Shown here piece after piece: positions 49,428-61,245 of a DNA stretch of 64,000 bases. The position numbers and the translations under genes are program-made. Position 1 is the first letter of the stretch. Each line of letters opens with the position of its first letter. The notes below the pieces were generated by a model. It was not told the origin of the DNA, ran no database searches, and saw only the letters and a program-made list of their open reading frames with translations. Source of the DNA: Lepidodermella squamata (lineage: Eukaryota; Animalia; Gastrotricha); NCBI GenBank assembly GCA_047495785.1, contig JBLDXI010000020.1:1674001-1738000 (forward strand), in the 5' to 3' direction.

Positions 49428-52286
49428 TCACAGATCAGCGAGAAGATCACGTTCGTCTGAAGTGTTTGCCGCAATTTTAGCAGCTGGTTTCGGCTGGTCG
49501 CTATGGCCATTTCCGTTCGAAGCCGGGTGATATTCGCCGATTTTTCCGCACTTTTTGCGAATCGCCTCGACAAACTCATCGGCCTCTTTCGACGAAGCGG
49601 CGCCATCGCCTCGGCATTCGTCAGACGTGACTAGACCGTCGCCGGTTTGCACGAGACGAGCGAAAAACTCGATGCAATTCAGTCGCTGGAGTAAATTTTG
49701 AACGGCTTCATTGTAAATCCCAGGCTTTTTACGCTCTATACAGTATCGACGCAATAAATTGAGGCAGTTGAGGCACTTTTCGTAGTCAGCTGAACCAAGA
49801 CCAGTTCCGAGAATCGTGTAAATGACTTGAACCAACATATCGCATACTGAAAAAATCGCAAAAATTAATTAAGGAGGATTTTACGATTTAATACTCACTT
49901 TCTTCAAAAGACCTAGCTCCCTCTCGAACAAGGTCCATGAAATCCTGAACAGGATTTTCATTTGTGATAATCGCTCTAGGCCCATTTGAGGTGGATGAAG
50001 TTGAAGCGGCTACATTGTTGAAATGGCCAAGATTGGTGAAATCACCCAGGGTGGGTGCCGCCGGGTCTTCCGGACCCGCTGACGGCTCCTGCTCCATCGC
50101 ATATTTCCGGTCGACCAGATCGAACAAGCTCGCAACGTTCTGAGCAGCTTCATCACGCCGCTGAACCATCGCCTCGTCCTGTAACTGCAACGTATCGACC
50201 GCAGTTGGCAGGGGGATATTCATATCCGGGTGCAAGATTCTCTGCCGAATAACCCGCATTACGTGCTGGAAATACGGGTCTACCGTTTCTTCAGGGTTTA
50301 AAGGCTCTTCCCACGTGCCAGTTGGTAACATCGCTGCTTCGATCAAATTAGCAACAGCATTGAGTTGATCCTCGTTCGGACGAAACGTGTTTTGTTTTAC
50401 CATTTCAGGTGTCATGTTTTCTCTGGGCGTGTTGATCAACTGGTCCAAAACTTGCCCAGCGGGTAGGTTCGAAAATGTATACATCGAAACTTCGTCCGTA
50501 AACGGCAAGTCGACGTAATACAACGCGTCGTTTTCGTCGCTTTCCTCGTCTTTTTTCTCTCCGTCTTTTTCTTTAGGTGGATGCGGAATCAAAGCGGCGA
50601 GTCGTGGTGCCGACGCCCTGTTGTAGCATTTTCGAACAATGGCAACGTAGCCCAATTTTCTCAGAGCCCGAACAAGGGCGGCAAAACGAACTGCGGTGGC
50701 CTATTTAAAACCGTTATTCGAAATAAAAATAAAATAAAATAAAACTTACATGACCACCCACTGTATCGGCCAACACCACTTGATTACCCTCGTTCATGAA
50801 CAAATGAGGGTCAACGTCTTCAATCGGGCAAAAATGAACTAGTTTGAGGCTCTGAATTGGAGGAAAATCTATTTTTTTCAATTTCAATTAAAATCGACAA
50901 ACTTTTTCATTCGCCAAACCAGTTTTCAGAGCGGTTTCGATAGCCTCAGTCGCATGAACTGGCGTGTTTCCGTAAAGAAATGCCCTCAACAACCCGTCTT
51001 CAGTGACTTTTTCGTCATTATCCGCCTTCCGAAATTCAACATAACGCTGGACATTTGCCGAAGAACTCGCTGCCCCAGTCGAAGTAGACGGTTCATCACC
51101 AGACGCCTGGTTTTTGTTACCAGCCCCGTTTTTCTGATTAGCAGCAGCTGCTAGAACGGTACCGTCAGCCATCGTCCAAGACTTTTTCGGGATTTTCTTA
51201 TTTTTGCCAAAAGCTTGGATAGGAATTGAGAGCCCGGGGGCGATCTCGAGTGAAACCTTCCATGCCATGGGATTCACCTTTTTAGGCCTCATGATTTGTA
51301 AGGAGGCTAAAGCCTCAGCAAACGTGTAAGATTCTCCTATAATAAAAAATTTCAAATATTTTTCAACATTAAATTTTGCTAAAATTACGCATACCGTTTG
51401 TCTTTATAGCTATTTCATTAGCCATTATCTCAGCGGCAATTCGCTTTTTGTCCTTCCTTTTACCGCGAGGCCTTTGATTATCTTCGTTGTTACGCCCATC
51501 AGAAGTGCTAGGATCGGTCTTGCTTTGCGAACCCTGGCTGTCTTGATCAGGAAGCTGCGACACGTCAAATCCACTAGAAGACAATACATAGAAAAAATTA
51601 CCTTATATTTCGAAAACTTACACGAATTTAACGTCAATGCCAGCGTCAACCAAGCTTTTAATGGTGCCGTCCTTCAGCTTATCAGTTAATTCAGTGCCAC
51701 CAGCCAAGTTTGAGAACACAAAAATCGACGTTTCGGAAAAGGCGCTCTTTCGGCTCCTAAATAGCGAGGAAAATTTCAGCTAAAAGGTAGAAAATTTACT
51801 AATTTACCCTGCATTTATAGCTAGATGATCGGCAGCGACAACTATTGCTTCCATAACTGAATGAAAAAATTGTTTTATCAAAGCTTGAATCCAAATATAG
51901 TTGCTTACAATCTCCAGTATTGAACGTTGTATCAAGGCCTTCGGCCATTTCGCAAACATTCCAATTAGCAGCGCCCAGTTCGTATTTCACCGTGATATGC
52001 TGATAGAAATTGGGGTCATCAGTATTCAACCTGTTATCAGATGTTGTATCGCCAAAAAGAATTAGCGCAATTTCATCTTTCGATTCGTTGAAAATCTTGA
52101 GGAAAAAATCGAAAAATTAAGATATTAGGTTAAATTAAGGATGAGTTTTCTTACTTTTCTCTCGATAAAAGAAATAACAGCGCGTCTGGCTGAAATCATC
52201 GCCGTACCTCCTTCTGGCAGTTCTTCATTCATATGAGGCCCCAAATCAACCACCAGAACTATGGCAGCTTTTGGAGCTGGCGCCAT
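49428..52286 (-). CDS. XRCC5: Ku80 (NHEJ); multi-exon
   Basis: vWA start KAAIVLVVDLG, SKDEIALILFG, YVDLPFTDEV, DPYFQH, NPVQDF and C-terminal DERDLLADL resembling the DNA-PKcs-binding tail. Confidence 0.92.
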
Positions 52287-52388
52287 TTTGTAGGCAACTA
52301 AATACTAATAAGCTATAAACGAGAAAATTTATTCATTAGTTAGGTTCGCCTGGAAAATTGACTTGGAACACGCGAGGGCGGACTATTT

Positions 52389-53161
52389 TTACTTTCGGTA
52401 ATTAACCCAATCTTTAAGGCGCGTGAGAGCTTCTTCTTCCTTAGTTGTGAGCTTATCGCCTTCGAAAGGCAGGAAAGTGAAAAGACCACTTGAGAACAGA
52501 GAGTCGCGATCCATCTTGGCTAGATGAGCATTTTGCTTGTGCACATATTCGACGGCGTGAGCGAGATGAGCAGCGTCCATCGGCCGCATTTCGAACAAAT
52601 TGCGCCATAAAGCGCCGGCGAGAACGCGGTCGTTGCTCAAAACACCTTCATCGTAACCGAGCAGAGATGCGCCGAAATGAAACGTGATTGTCCGAAACTC
52701 GCGCTTTTTCACAGCAGATTGTAACTTGAAGAGAAAAAATCCAAATTTTGATAAATAATTGTTTATTTTTGACATTAATACCCTAGCTAGCTTTTTGATT
52801 CGAGCTTCAACATCTTCCCACATCATTTCCACCATTCTTTCTTTCGTGAATTTGCCCTCGGCACCTTCTGGCGAAAGGCGAGTCATTACCATCCACAGGT
52901 GAAGTTCTAGCACCAAAAACCACGAGAAAAACGTGTCTGGCATTTGATATTCTGCAGAAAAATAAATACATAATTTTCTTCTAATTTTTTCAAAAATTTA
53001 CGTTTGAAAAACGCGTCGTAATCGACAGTTTCCGCACAGCTGAGATACATATTGATAGCAGCTTTCTTCATTTTTTGTTGAGGGTAGCTGAGGATGGGCG
53101 CGACACCGAAATGAGGCACAACAAAATTGTACATCTGCTTCAGCTTCAAAAATCGACTCAT
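52389..53161 (-). CDS. UQCC1: Ubiquinol-cytochrome c reductase assembly factor 1 (Cbp3 family); 3 exons
   Basis: MPDTFFSWFLVLELHLWM...MWEDVE...GYDEGVLSNDRVLAGALWRNLF. Confidence 0.92.
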
Positions 53162-53455
53162 TTTTAATGTGAAAATGACTAGAAAATCGAACAAATAAAA
53201 AATCAAAATTTTTATTAGCGATTACACAACGGCTTGAAGAGCTGATGGAATGTACAAATGCTTCATACCCCGTCCGACCAAATAAAAACTAGAGTTGCGA
53301 TACAAATTCCCGCTTCAAAAATATTCCGCACAGGACTAGGGCGATGAAGCAATCCGCAGGGAAAAAAACGCGAAAAAAAGAAACAAGATTTTGGAAGAAT
53401 TTCACAGTGAGCAATTTTAGGTAGCAAGATCCAGTTAACACACCGGCGCCATCAT

Positions 53456-54317
53456 TTATTTGGCAGCTGGTTTCGATTTTTCGCCACTTTTCGGTTCAGA
53501 CTTCGGCTTGGTTGGTTTGCTTTCGGTCGGTGTTGCGGGGGCTTTCTTACCGCCTGATTTTCCGCCCTTTTTCTTCTGTGGCTTTCCTTCGTCCTTCTTA
53601 TCACCACTACCTTCCAAGGCCAACTTGGCTTGCCAGGCCGCGTGGTCTTGTTCGAATTTCTTTTTCGCATCAGCCTCAACTTGACGGTACTTTTGCTTCT
53701 GCTCTTCAGGCAGAGCTCGCCACTCAGCCATCAAATTTTTTACGAAATCAGTCACCTTTTGAGCACCTCGGTTCGCCCAGCGCTCTTTCATGAACAAAAG
53801 CGGGGCGTTCAGCGGGCGGATCGGACGACCAGTTGCCCGCCATTGCTTGCGGCGCTGGCGAATCGCGCGCGAGTGGCGCTTCTTCTGTGACAAAGCGACC
53901 AAATTAGACCGTTGCTCCTCAGTGAGTTGCTTCATTTCACTTTCGTAGCGCTGCTTCTCGCCCTGGGCGGCCTCGACGAGACGTTTCTTCTCGTCCTGCG
54001 GCAATTTCGCGTACAAATCGCTGGCCATTCTCATGACATCGGTCGCTTTCGAGGCCGGGTGTTCGCTTTTCAGTTTGCTGTAATGCGACTGCATGAATAC
54101 AGCGAAAGGCGTGAGGGGACGGCGAACTTTCGGTAAATCGGTCGAGCTCTTTGGAGGAACAGGTTTGTGACTGTAATTCAACGAAAAATTACGCGGCTGA
54201 AGCTTATAACTTATATTACCTTTGGGTGCTTGAAGCGGTAGCCGATTGAGAAGTTGTCATCAACCGAGTCGAAATTCGGCACATCCTTGAAAATGCAGCT
54301 TGCAGTGACAAAGACAT
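53456..54317 (-). CDS. TFAM: Mitochondrial transcription factor A (two HMG boxes); 2 exons
   Basis: Mitochondrial presequence-like exon 1 (MSLSLQAAFSRMCRISTRLM), HMG boxes RRPLTPFAVF and RPIRPLNAPLLF, basic tail. Confidence 0.85.
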
Positions 54318-54570
54318 GGTCAATATCAAAGAAAATTAACAGCTAAAAATCAGAATATTTCACGTTAAAATTACAATCGTTTTCTTTGATTTTTATTCAA
54401 CAATAGCTTCTTCTGAAGGCACAAAGACATAGATCTTAGAGCGGGTAAATATCTCAAATGAGCAACAACTTTTTCTTTGATAAATCTGCATTTTTATCTT
54501 TTATATATATTGCTTGAAATATATAAGCATCCACACCTCGGGAAAGTGAGCAGTAGATTATTTCTAAAGT

Positions 54571-56973
54571 TTATGCAGCAAATTGTTTCTTGGTGATAAC
54601 AACCGGTGGCAGTTGAGCTTTGAACTCGCCGGATGGAAGTTCGGCCACAAATAACTCCCCGGGTAAAAATTCATCCTCCTCGCCATTGCTGTTACTCGCT
54701 CCCACCTCCTTCAAACAATCGAACGATAAAATGTAACGAAACCGGCCGGAATGTTGAATGGCAAAATGATCTGAGCCGTGTCTTTTCGCGCCCGGTTGGA
54801 ACAAAGGCCCGTCGATTCGCATTGGCACCGGCGCGCTCTTGTCGATAGTCGCTAGTAATCGACTGCTTGATGTCAGAATTTTCGATTTCGACGCATCCGC
54901 ATACCCTACCCAGTCGATTGTTTCTTGCTGGTTCAACCACGCACTCGGGTAAGCATTCGGTATATCAACCTCTCCGAGTTCCTCTTTCACTCTCATTTCT
55001 TCGGGTATTTCAACGAATTTATTCTCCGCTTTGTCATACTTTGCCTTTTTAGCCTTAGTTTTCACCTTGAAAGCATCGGCAAAGGTTTTGCGGGTCCAAT
55101 CGGTGTATTTCAGTTTGTTCCCATCGAATTCGGCAACTCGCCGGTCACTGAAGGCGACTAAAATCTGGCGATTCGCGTTAACAGACACCGCGGTGATTAA
55201 CCCTTTGTCGTAGGTTGGAAGACGGCAGATCGGCTCGAAGGAAAACAACTCTTCATCAGTTTCATCGATAGTCAATTTGTACAGTCGCACGACATTACGG
55301 CTTGCGATTGCTACGCAATACGAGTTCTCCGCGGCGTCTTTCGCTATTTTCAGAAATAGAACGGGGAACGAGTTCGAATCAGTTCCGGCATTTTCTGAAT
55401 TGAAGTCTTTGGCGAGGCGGAACGTTTGCGACTGTTCTGGCGACCAAAGCGATCTGACAACAAGCTGAGCATCGGCTGATAATGCTAAAATCGGCGATTT
55501 CGACGGTTCATCGCAAAAAGCAATAGCTGAGACCGAAGGTGCCGGATATTTACGTTTCGATGGCTCGAAACTTATCGTGAAATGCTTGGCAGCTGACGGA
55601 GTTGCAATGTCAAGTTTAAAAACACGAACAATAGAGCCGGCAGAAAAGGCCACGAAATTCGCAAGAGGGGACAGCTTGACTATTTGAGGAGGTAGATAAC
55701 ATGGCATGGTAATCGCTAATTGCCGATTAGGTTCACTCTTTTGATCGGTTTTGTTGGACTCGTCTTCCATTTCGTAGTCTTTGGGCGTGGCAAGGAGCTG
55801 CCATATCTCGACTGAATGACCACCGTCTTTCGACTGGTGTGAAAACGCCGCGACTGATTGGCTTGATGAAACGCGCTCCGCAGAGACCAGGTTGCTAAAA
55901 CTATGAACAGGCATGATCCGGCAAGCAAAATACGCCCTGTCCTTTACTTTGTTAGAGACAACTGAATAAATTCGCCAACCAATTATTGACCGATCAAGAC
56001 CGGCAGTGAGCAGCATATCAGGTGAAATGAAGCAACTTGCCCTCACATCTCGCTCGTGGTCTTTATGAATTTCAGAAGTCAACCACGAATTGACACTGGT
56101 TAACTCATTCTCTGATGTGGGATAGATACTCACAACCGTAGGATCAGCACCAGCTGCAAAAATGATGGGTGGATGGCCTTCGATTCCCTCTCCAACAGAC
56201 AGCGTTAGCACGTCGAGACTGTGAGTCGATAGTTCGGTTATCATTGTGCCGTTTTTGGCATTCCAAATTGTGACAATTCCACGAGAATCGCTGCTAGCAA
56301 AGATGGCATGCTGGCAAGGGTATGCTACCAGTGACCATACAATCACCTTTTGGGGCAGTGACAGCTGCCAACAAATCTTCGGACGAGACCCAGACATCTT
56401 CCAAACATGAATTGAACCAATTCCGCCAGATACCAAGTATTTATTGTCAGGCAGCCAAGCCAAGCTGAGGACACGACCTGAATCATGGCGAAGCGGCGGA
56501 CCAGATAGTTCAAGAGTGTTTTCGGGCGATGTCGTGCAGTCAACTGAAACTAAATTAACGAGGTGAATGTTACCAGAGTCGCTACCACACGCAAGTATGC
56601 CACAGCCAGTTTCAGGGGATGTAGCAGCGGCCAGCGACCAGATAGAGCTAGAATCAAGCGTCAGAGACCGGCGAACCGCCAATCGTTCCAGGTCGTACTC
56701 CACAACTGATCCGCTGACACCGGTTGAAAACAACCGTCCGTTATGCCATGCCAACGCCTCAATGCTAGTCGGTCCATCTTCAGCTGCCAAGAATGGAGGC
56801 AAAGTGAAATCGAGGACAAATTTTACTCCATTAGGGCTGTAACGATACACCTCTAAGGAACTATTACTGCGGGAAACTGCCAATCTGCCACTGAGGGCAT
56901 CGTAGACCATGCAATGGATGGGATGAGTGGCCGGCCGGAAGAATCTTACGTGTTGCACCGCAAATTGACTCAT
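54571..56973 (-). CDS. UTP4: U3 snoRNA-associated protein 4 (cirhin), WD40, intronless
   Basis: VQHVRFF...IHCM...RLAVSRSNSSLEVY, SIEALAW, GRLFSTG, VWSL, DSRG.V.IW, H.RDVRA and C-terminal QLPPVVITKKQF. Confidence 0.9.
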   Translation of the reverse strand: MSQFAVQHVRFFRPATHPIHCMVYDALSGRLAVSRSNSSLEVYRYSPNGVKFVLDFTLPPFLAAEDGPTSIEALAWHNGRLFSTGVSGSVVEYDLERLAVRRSLTLDSSSIWSLAAATSPETGCGILACGSDSGNIHLVNLVSVDCTTSPENTLELSGPPLRHDSGRVLSLAWLPDNKYLVSGGIGSIHVWKMSGSRPKICWQLSLPQKVIVWSLVAYPCQHAIFASSDSRGIVTIWNAKNGTMITELSTHSLDVLTLSVGEGIEGHPPIIFAAGADPTVVSIYPTSENELTSVNSWLTSEIHKDHERDVRASCFISPDMLLTAGLDRSIIGWRIYSVVSNKVKDRAYFACRIMPVHSFSNLVSAERVSSSQSVAAFSHQSKDGGHSVEIWQLLATPKDYEMEDESNKTDQKSEPNRQLAITMPCYLPPQIVKLSPLANFVAFSAGSIVRVFKLDIATPSAAKHFTISFEPSKRKYPAPSVSAIAFCDEPSKSPILALSADAQLVVRSLWSPEQSQTFRLAKDFNSENAGTDSNSFPVLFLKIAKDAAENSYCVAIASRNVVRLYKLTIDETDEELFSFEPICRLPTYDKGLITAVSVNANRQILVAFSDRRVAEFDGNKLKYTDWTRKTFADAFKVKTKAKKAKYDKAENKFVEIPEEMRVKEELGEVDIPNAYPSAWLNQQETIDWVGYADASKSKILTSSSRLLATIDKSAPVPMRIDGPLFQPGAKRHGSDHFAIQHSGRFRYILSFDCLKEVGASNSNGEEDEFLPGELFVAELPSGEFKAQLPPVVITKKQFAA

Positions 56974-57421
56974 AATAGCATGAATTCAAACAAATAAAAC
57001 TGCTTCTATTACATAAAAATCGCAAATCAAATGGGGCCGCATAAAAAATGCTACTCCGAATTCAGAGATTCAAGCTGTTTCAGTGCGGGATACAAGATAG
57101 AAAATTACATTCAAAGAACAATTCCTAATTCTGTGCCAAGGCTCCAGCAGTCATCCATATTATTGCCCTCTGGTCTTTTCAATCAGCATCGATTTCAGAG
57201 TTGGCTAGTTCTTGCGCGAGAAACCGCGTGGGTTCGGACTTGATCGAAGAAAACCCGCCAAATCGAAATTCGATTTTCTATACAACTTTTATTGCAAAAA
57301 ATTAAGCAAGCTCTACAAACTCTATTTTTTAAATTAAAATTTGTTTGATGTGATGGAAAACCGCCGAAATTCAAATTATGGGAGAATGCCGTCCACTTTT
57401 TCGACACAACTTGCTTTCTAG

Positions 57422-57936
57422 CAGTGTGGTCCAAATGCAGACTCCCGAGTCTTTTAGACTCTTTCTGAGATTTTGCAGACTCCCGAGCGTTTTTCGGTTA
57501 AAATCAGGTGAGGCTCCGAATAGACTCCCGTGGATGGCTACCCAAGGCTCGAGCAGACTCCTTGCATATTTAGACTCCGACGAAGGGTGATAAACAGCGT
57601 TTTCAGGTCATTTTCAGGGGCGTAAACAGCTGGTTGTTTTGGTTGTTCAAAGAACTACCAAAATGAAGTCTCAAAAACCCCTCTTCGGCCTATAAAATGG
57701 CTTAAATTGCTTATAAAATGGACGAAATGTTGGCAAAGTTGTCAAAAAATTGCTCGCTTCGCTCGAAATCCAGACATTTTCAATATTTTCTATTGAAAAT
57801 GTTTCTTTTTTTTGCCTTTAGAAACTAAAAAATTAGCATTTATTAACGAAGTGAGACAAAATACACTGTGGAGACTCCGCCAACGATTGCAGACTCCGAC
57901 CACAGACTCATTTATTTTCGGGCTTGGACCACACTG
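57422..57936. mobile_element. hAT-type MITE (515 bp) with perfect 13-bp TIRs and 8-bp TSD
   Basis: CAGTGTGGTCCAA...TTGGACCACACTG flanked by CTTTCTAG at 57414-57421 and 57937-57944; repeated subterminal AGACTC(C) motifs. Confidence 0.9.
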
Positions 57937-58435
57937 CTTTCTAGGACGGCGTCGTGCGTCTGAATTGCCAATAGCCAAGTGCCAAATGCCGTCCTCAACC
58001 CTCATCCTTCCGCCTTCCGTTTTACGTTTTCTTGCAAATTAAATGATGAATCAGCTGTAAGGTGGGGAATCAGAATTTGAGGTAGCACACGAAACAAAAG
58101 GGCATACTTACTCGACATGAGACAGAAACCATCTTGAACCATGCCATAGCCCATTGTCTTCTTTCACTCAGCAATCAGGAAATCAAGAAATCCAGTGCGA
58201 TGTAAAACTAATCGCATAGAGTTCGCATTTGGAACCCGGAACCCGTTACCGATTGCCGCTAGTGGAGTGCTACATTTACTCACTACCTGACTTCTCTTCG
58301 AGCTTCGCATATTCGATATGAAAAATGCAGCACAACATTTTCGCCTGCTGTTAATCTTATCTTAAGATTTAATTACTTTAGTAAGTATCTGATTATATCT
58401 CGACTTGCGTCTTCGCTTTTTGCATATCCACCTTT

Positions 58436-58463
58436 GCTCAACGCTCAACGCTCAACGCTCAAC
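58436..58463. repeat. (GCTCAAC)4 tandem repeat upstream of DDX11
   Basis: Read directly from the sequence. Confidence 0.8.
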
Positions 58464-58538
58464 CCCAGACTTTTACCCGCAACACCCAAACAATTTGCTT
58501 GTTTTACTTATTTATTTTCATAGCAATATTTATTTGAG

Positions 58539-61154
58539 ATGTCCAAGGAAGCTGAAGCCATCGACGAAGAAGGTTTCGTTTTTCCATTTCCACCATATCC
58601 AGGTCAAGTTGAGTTCTGTCATACTCTCTACGATGCTGCTGTGGATCATAAACTCGCTATCTTGGAAAGCCCAACGGGCACGGGAAAATCTATGGCAATC
58701 ATTGCTTCGGCATTGAGATGGCTAACCGATTCTGAAACCAAATTTCGTCAAGAAGTTGATAAATTAAAGGAGCAAGATGCCAAACTAGCTGAGGCGGACG
58801 ACTGGCTAGCCGTTGCTGATCAGCGTCGTAAACTGCAGGATGCTATTTCCGACGTAGAAGTAATAACGAAGTGGTTGGATGAATCTGATAAGTTGGCTCG
58901 TGAATCTCGTTCAAAATTGATTGAACTGGAGTCAAATTTAAAGATGAAATCCGGAGTTAATATTGCATTCGAAGATGTGAACGCTTTGAAAGAAGAATCG
59001 AAAACCCGCAAGACAGAAGCGGATACTGAGCTCATCGGCAGCTCATCGGAGGAAGAAGGAGACGAAAATGACGACCCAGATGGCTTGACTCGGCGCAATG
59101 GCTCAGAAGCTCTGGATTTTCCAGCAATCCCCCAGATCATTTATGCTAGCCGAACTCACAGCCAACTGAGTCAATTTGTAAGCGAAATGTCACGTCACCC
59201 AACCAAAGTGCGTGCAATTTCATTAGGAGCTCGTCAACTGCTATGCATTAACGAAAACGTTCGATCAAACAATTCATCCAGCTGGCTCGTGAATGACAGA
59301 TGTGCCGAGTTGAGAAAACGCAAAGGTGACAAGGGCTGCAAGTTCTACAACAAACAGCGTATCACGGCTCTTTCAAACGGCTTGCTCGGCCAAATCACTG
59401 ACATTGAAGAGTTGGTGAGTCGAGGCCGATCAGCCTGTGCTTGCCCGTACTACGCAGCCCGTCGTGCTATTCCTCGAGCTCAGATTATGGTCGTTCCTTA
59501 CCCACTATTATTTCAATCTTCGGCTCGTGAATCTTCAGGCATTCGCTTGAAAGGATCTCTGGTCATAATCGACGAAGCTCATAACTTGTAATACTTGCTC
59601 AATTATTTTCTATGTGATACAATTTAACATTATTTCTCTCATAGACTTGAACATCTGGGTGACGCGCATGCTGCTCGTATTGATTTGAATCAATTACAAG
59701 CGGCTCAGCAGTTGCTATCAGCTTACTGGGACCGGTACGGCACTCGTTTAAATGCCGCTAACGCTCGAATGGTTCGTCAACTTTCGACCATGGTCGGTGC
59801 TCTGGTGGACCATCTCACTAATAAAAAGACGTCACAGCAAAAGTCGACAGTTTTCAAGGTTGAGGAGTTCGCTTTTTCTGCCGGGGCAGAGGCTATCAAT
59901 TTACCAGCTTTGGTTCGGTGGGCAAAAACAGTTCGGATCGGCCAAAAAGTTCGGTCATTCAGCTCGACCTTATTCTCATCTCTTGCGGCTGGCGATGATG
60001 AAATTGCGAAACAAAACAAGCCGAGCGAGAAGAAGGGAAAAGACCAGCCAGAACAGCCGCAAAGTTTCGGCCAAGCGTCTGCGTTGTGTCAAGTTCTTTC
60101 GTTTTTGGAAACCCTGGGAAATTTGCCAAATTCGCAAACTCGCGTTATTGTCACCGAAGCAAATGAAGTTGAAAAGCGCCCTGCTTCTATCCATGTTTTA
60201 CTCCTCGACCCAGCCTCTCAATTCGGTGCTATTCTTAAGGAAGCTCACAGCGTAGTTTTAGCCGGTGGAACAATGCAACCTGTCGGCGATTTGTTGGATC
60301 AACTGCGAAATTCAGTCCCTGATTTGAAAGTTGTCTGCAAACAATTCCCGCACGTGATCCCCAGCGATTCATTAATGGTTATTCCAGTCTCAAGCGGCCC
60401 TTCGGGGCAAAAGATGCGATTTACCTTCGCGGCTCGTCAAGATTCGTCCGCGTTGAAAGAAGCCGGAAAATCACTGGCTAGTTTGATGCCTCTTGTCCCT
60501 CATGGTTTTGTCGTTTTCTTCCCATCTTACGATTTACTTTCCACTGCGACTGAATTATGGAAGCAAGACGGTTCGTTGGAGCGGCTGGAAAAGAAGAAGA
60601 AAATCTTCATTGAGCCCCGCAATTCCCGTCATGGGATCGAGAAGTTTCTGGAAGAATACGGTGAAATGGCCACTTCAAGCCAAGGTGCTATTTTACTGGC
60701 TGTAATTGGCGGAAAGTTGAGCGAAGGCGTCAATTTATCCGACGATTTAGCCCGTGGTTTAGCCGTCATCGGAATGCCCTACCCATCACTCGCCTCCGTC
60801 GAGTTGCAGGAGAAATTGCGGTATCTCAGCGCGTTGAAGCCGGTTGAGACCGAGAGTGATGGCGAGACGGAAAAAGATCGAGGCCGTCGGTATTACACGT
60901 CGCTGTGTTGGCGGGCCATCAACCAAACAGTCGGGCGTTGCATCCGCCACGCCGGCGATCACGCTGTTGTGTACTTGTTCGACGAGCGTTACACCGCGAA
61001 ATCGGCCCTCGACTCGAATTTACCCCGCTGGATGGGTCCGTCGATTGTCCGCCCGGCTGAGGGCGTTGGTTCTGCCTCGTTCGGCATGGTCGTTTCTGCT
61101 ACTGCCAATTTTTTCAAAAAACGCCGCGCTGCCAAATTTTCTAACACTGAATAA
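58539..61154 (+). CDS. DDX11: Fe-S DNA helicase DDX11/ChlR1; 2 exons
   Basis: FPFPPYPGQ, ESPTGTGKS, YASRTHSQLSQFV, four Fe-S cysteines ending ACPYY, IIDEAHNL, GGTMQP, GGKLSEGVN, NQTVGRCIRH. Confidence 0.95.
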
Positions 61155-61245
61155 TTGACAAAAAATCTTGCATGATGATTTTTCCCCGAATTTTATCAAA
61201 TTTTTCTGATTTCTATTTTTTTCTGTTGTAGAGTTTTAATTGAAA

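Noticed and set aside
57430-57910. Repeated AGACTCC units as a possible CRISPR-like array
   Set aside because: Irregular spacing, eukaryotic context, and explained as subterminal repeats of the hAT MITE.
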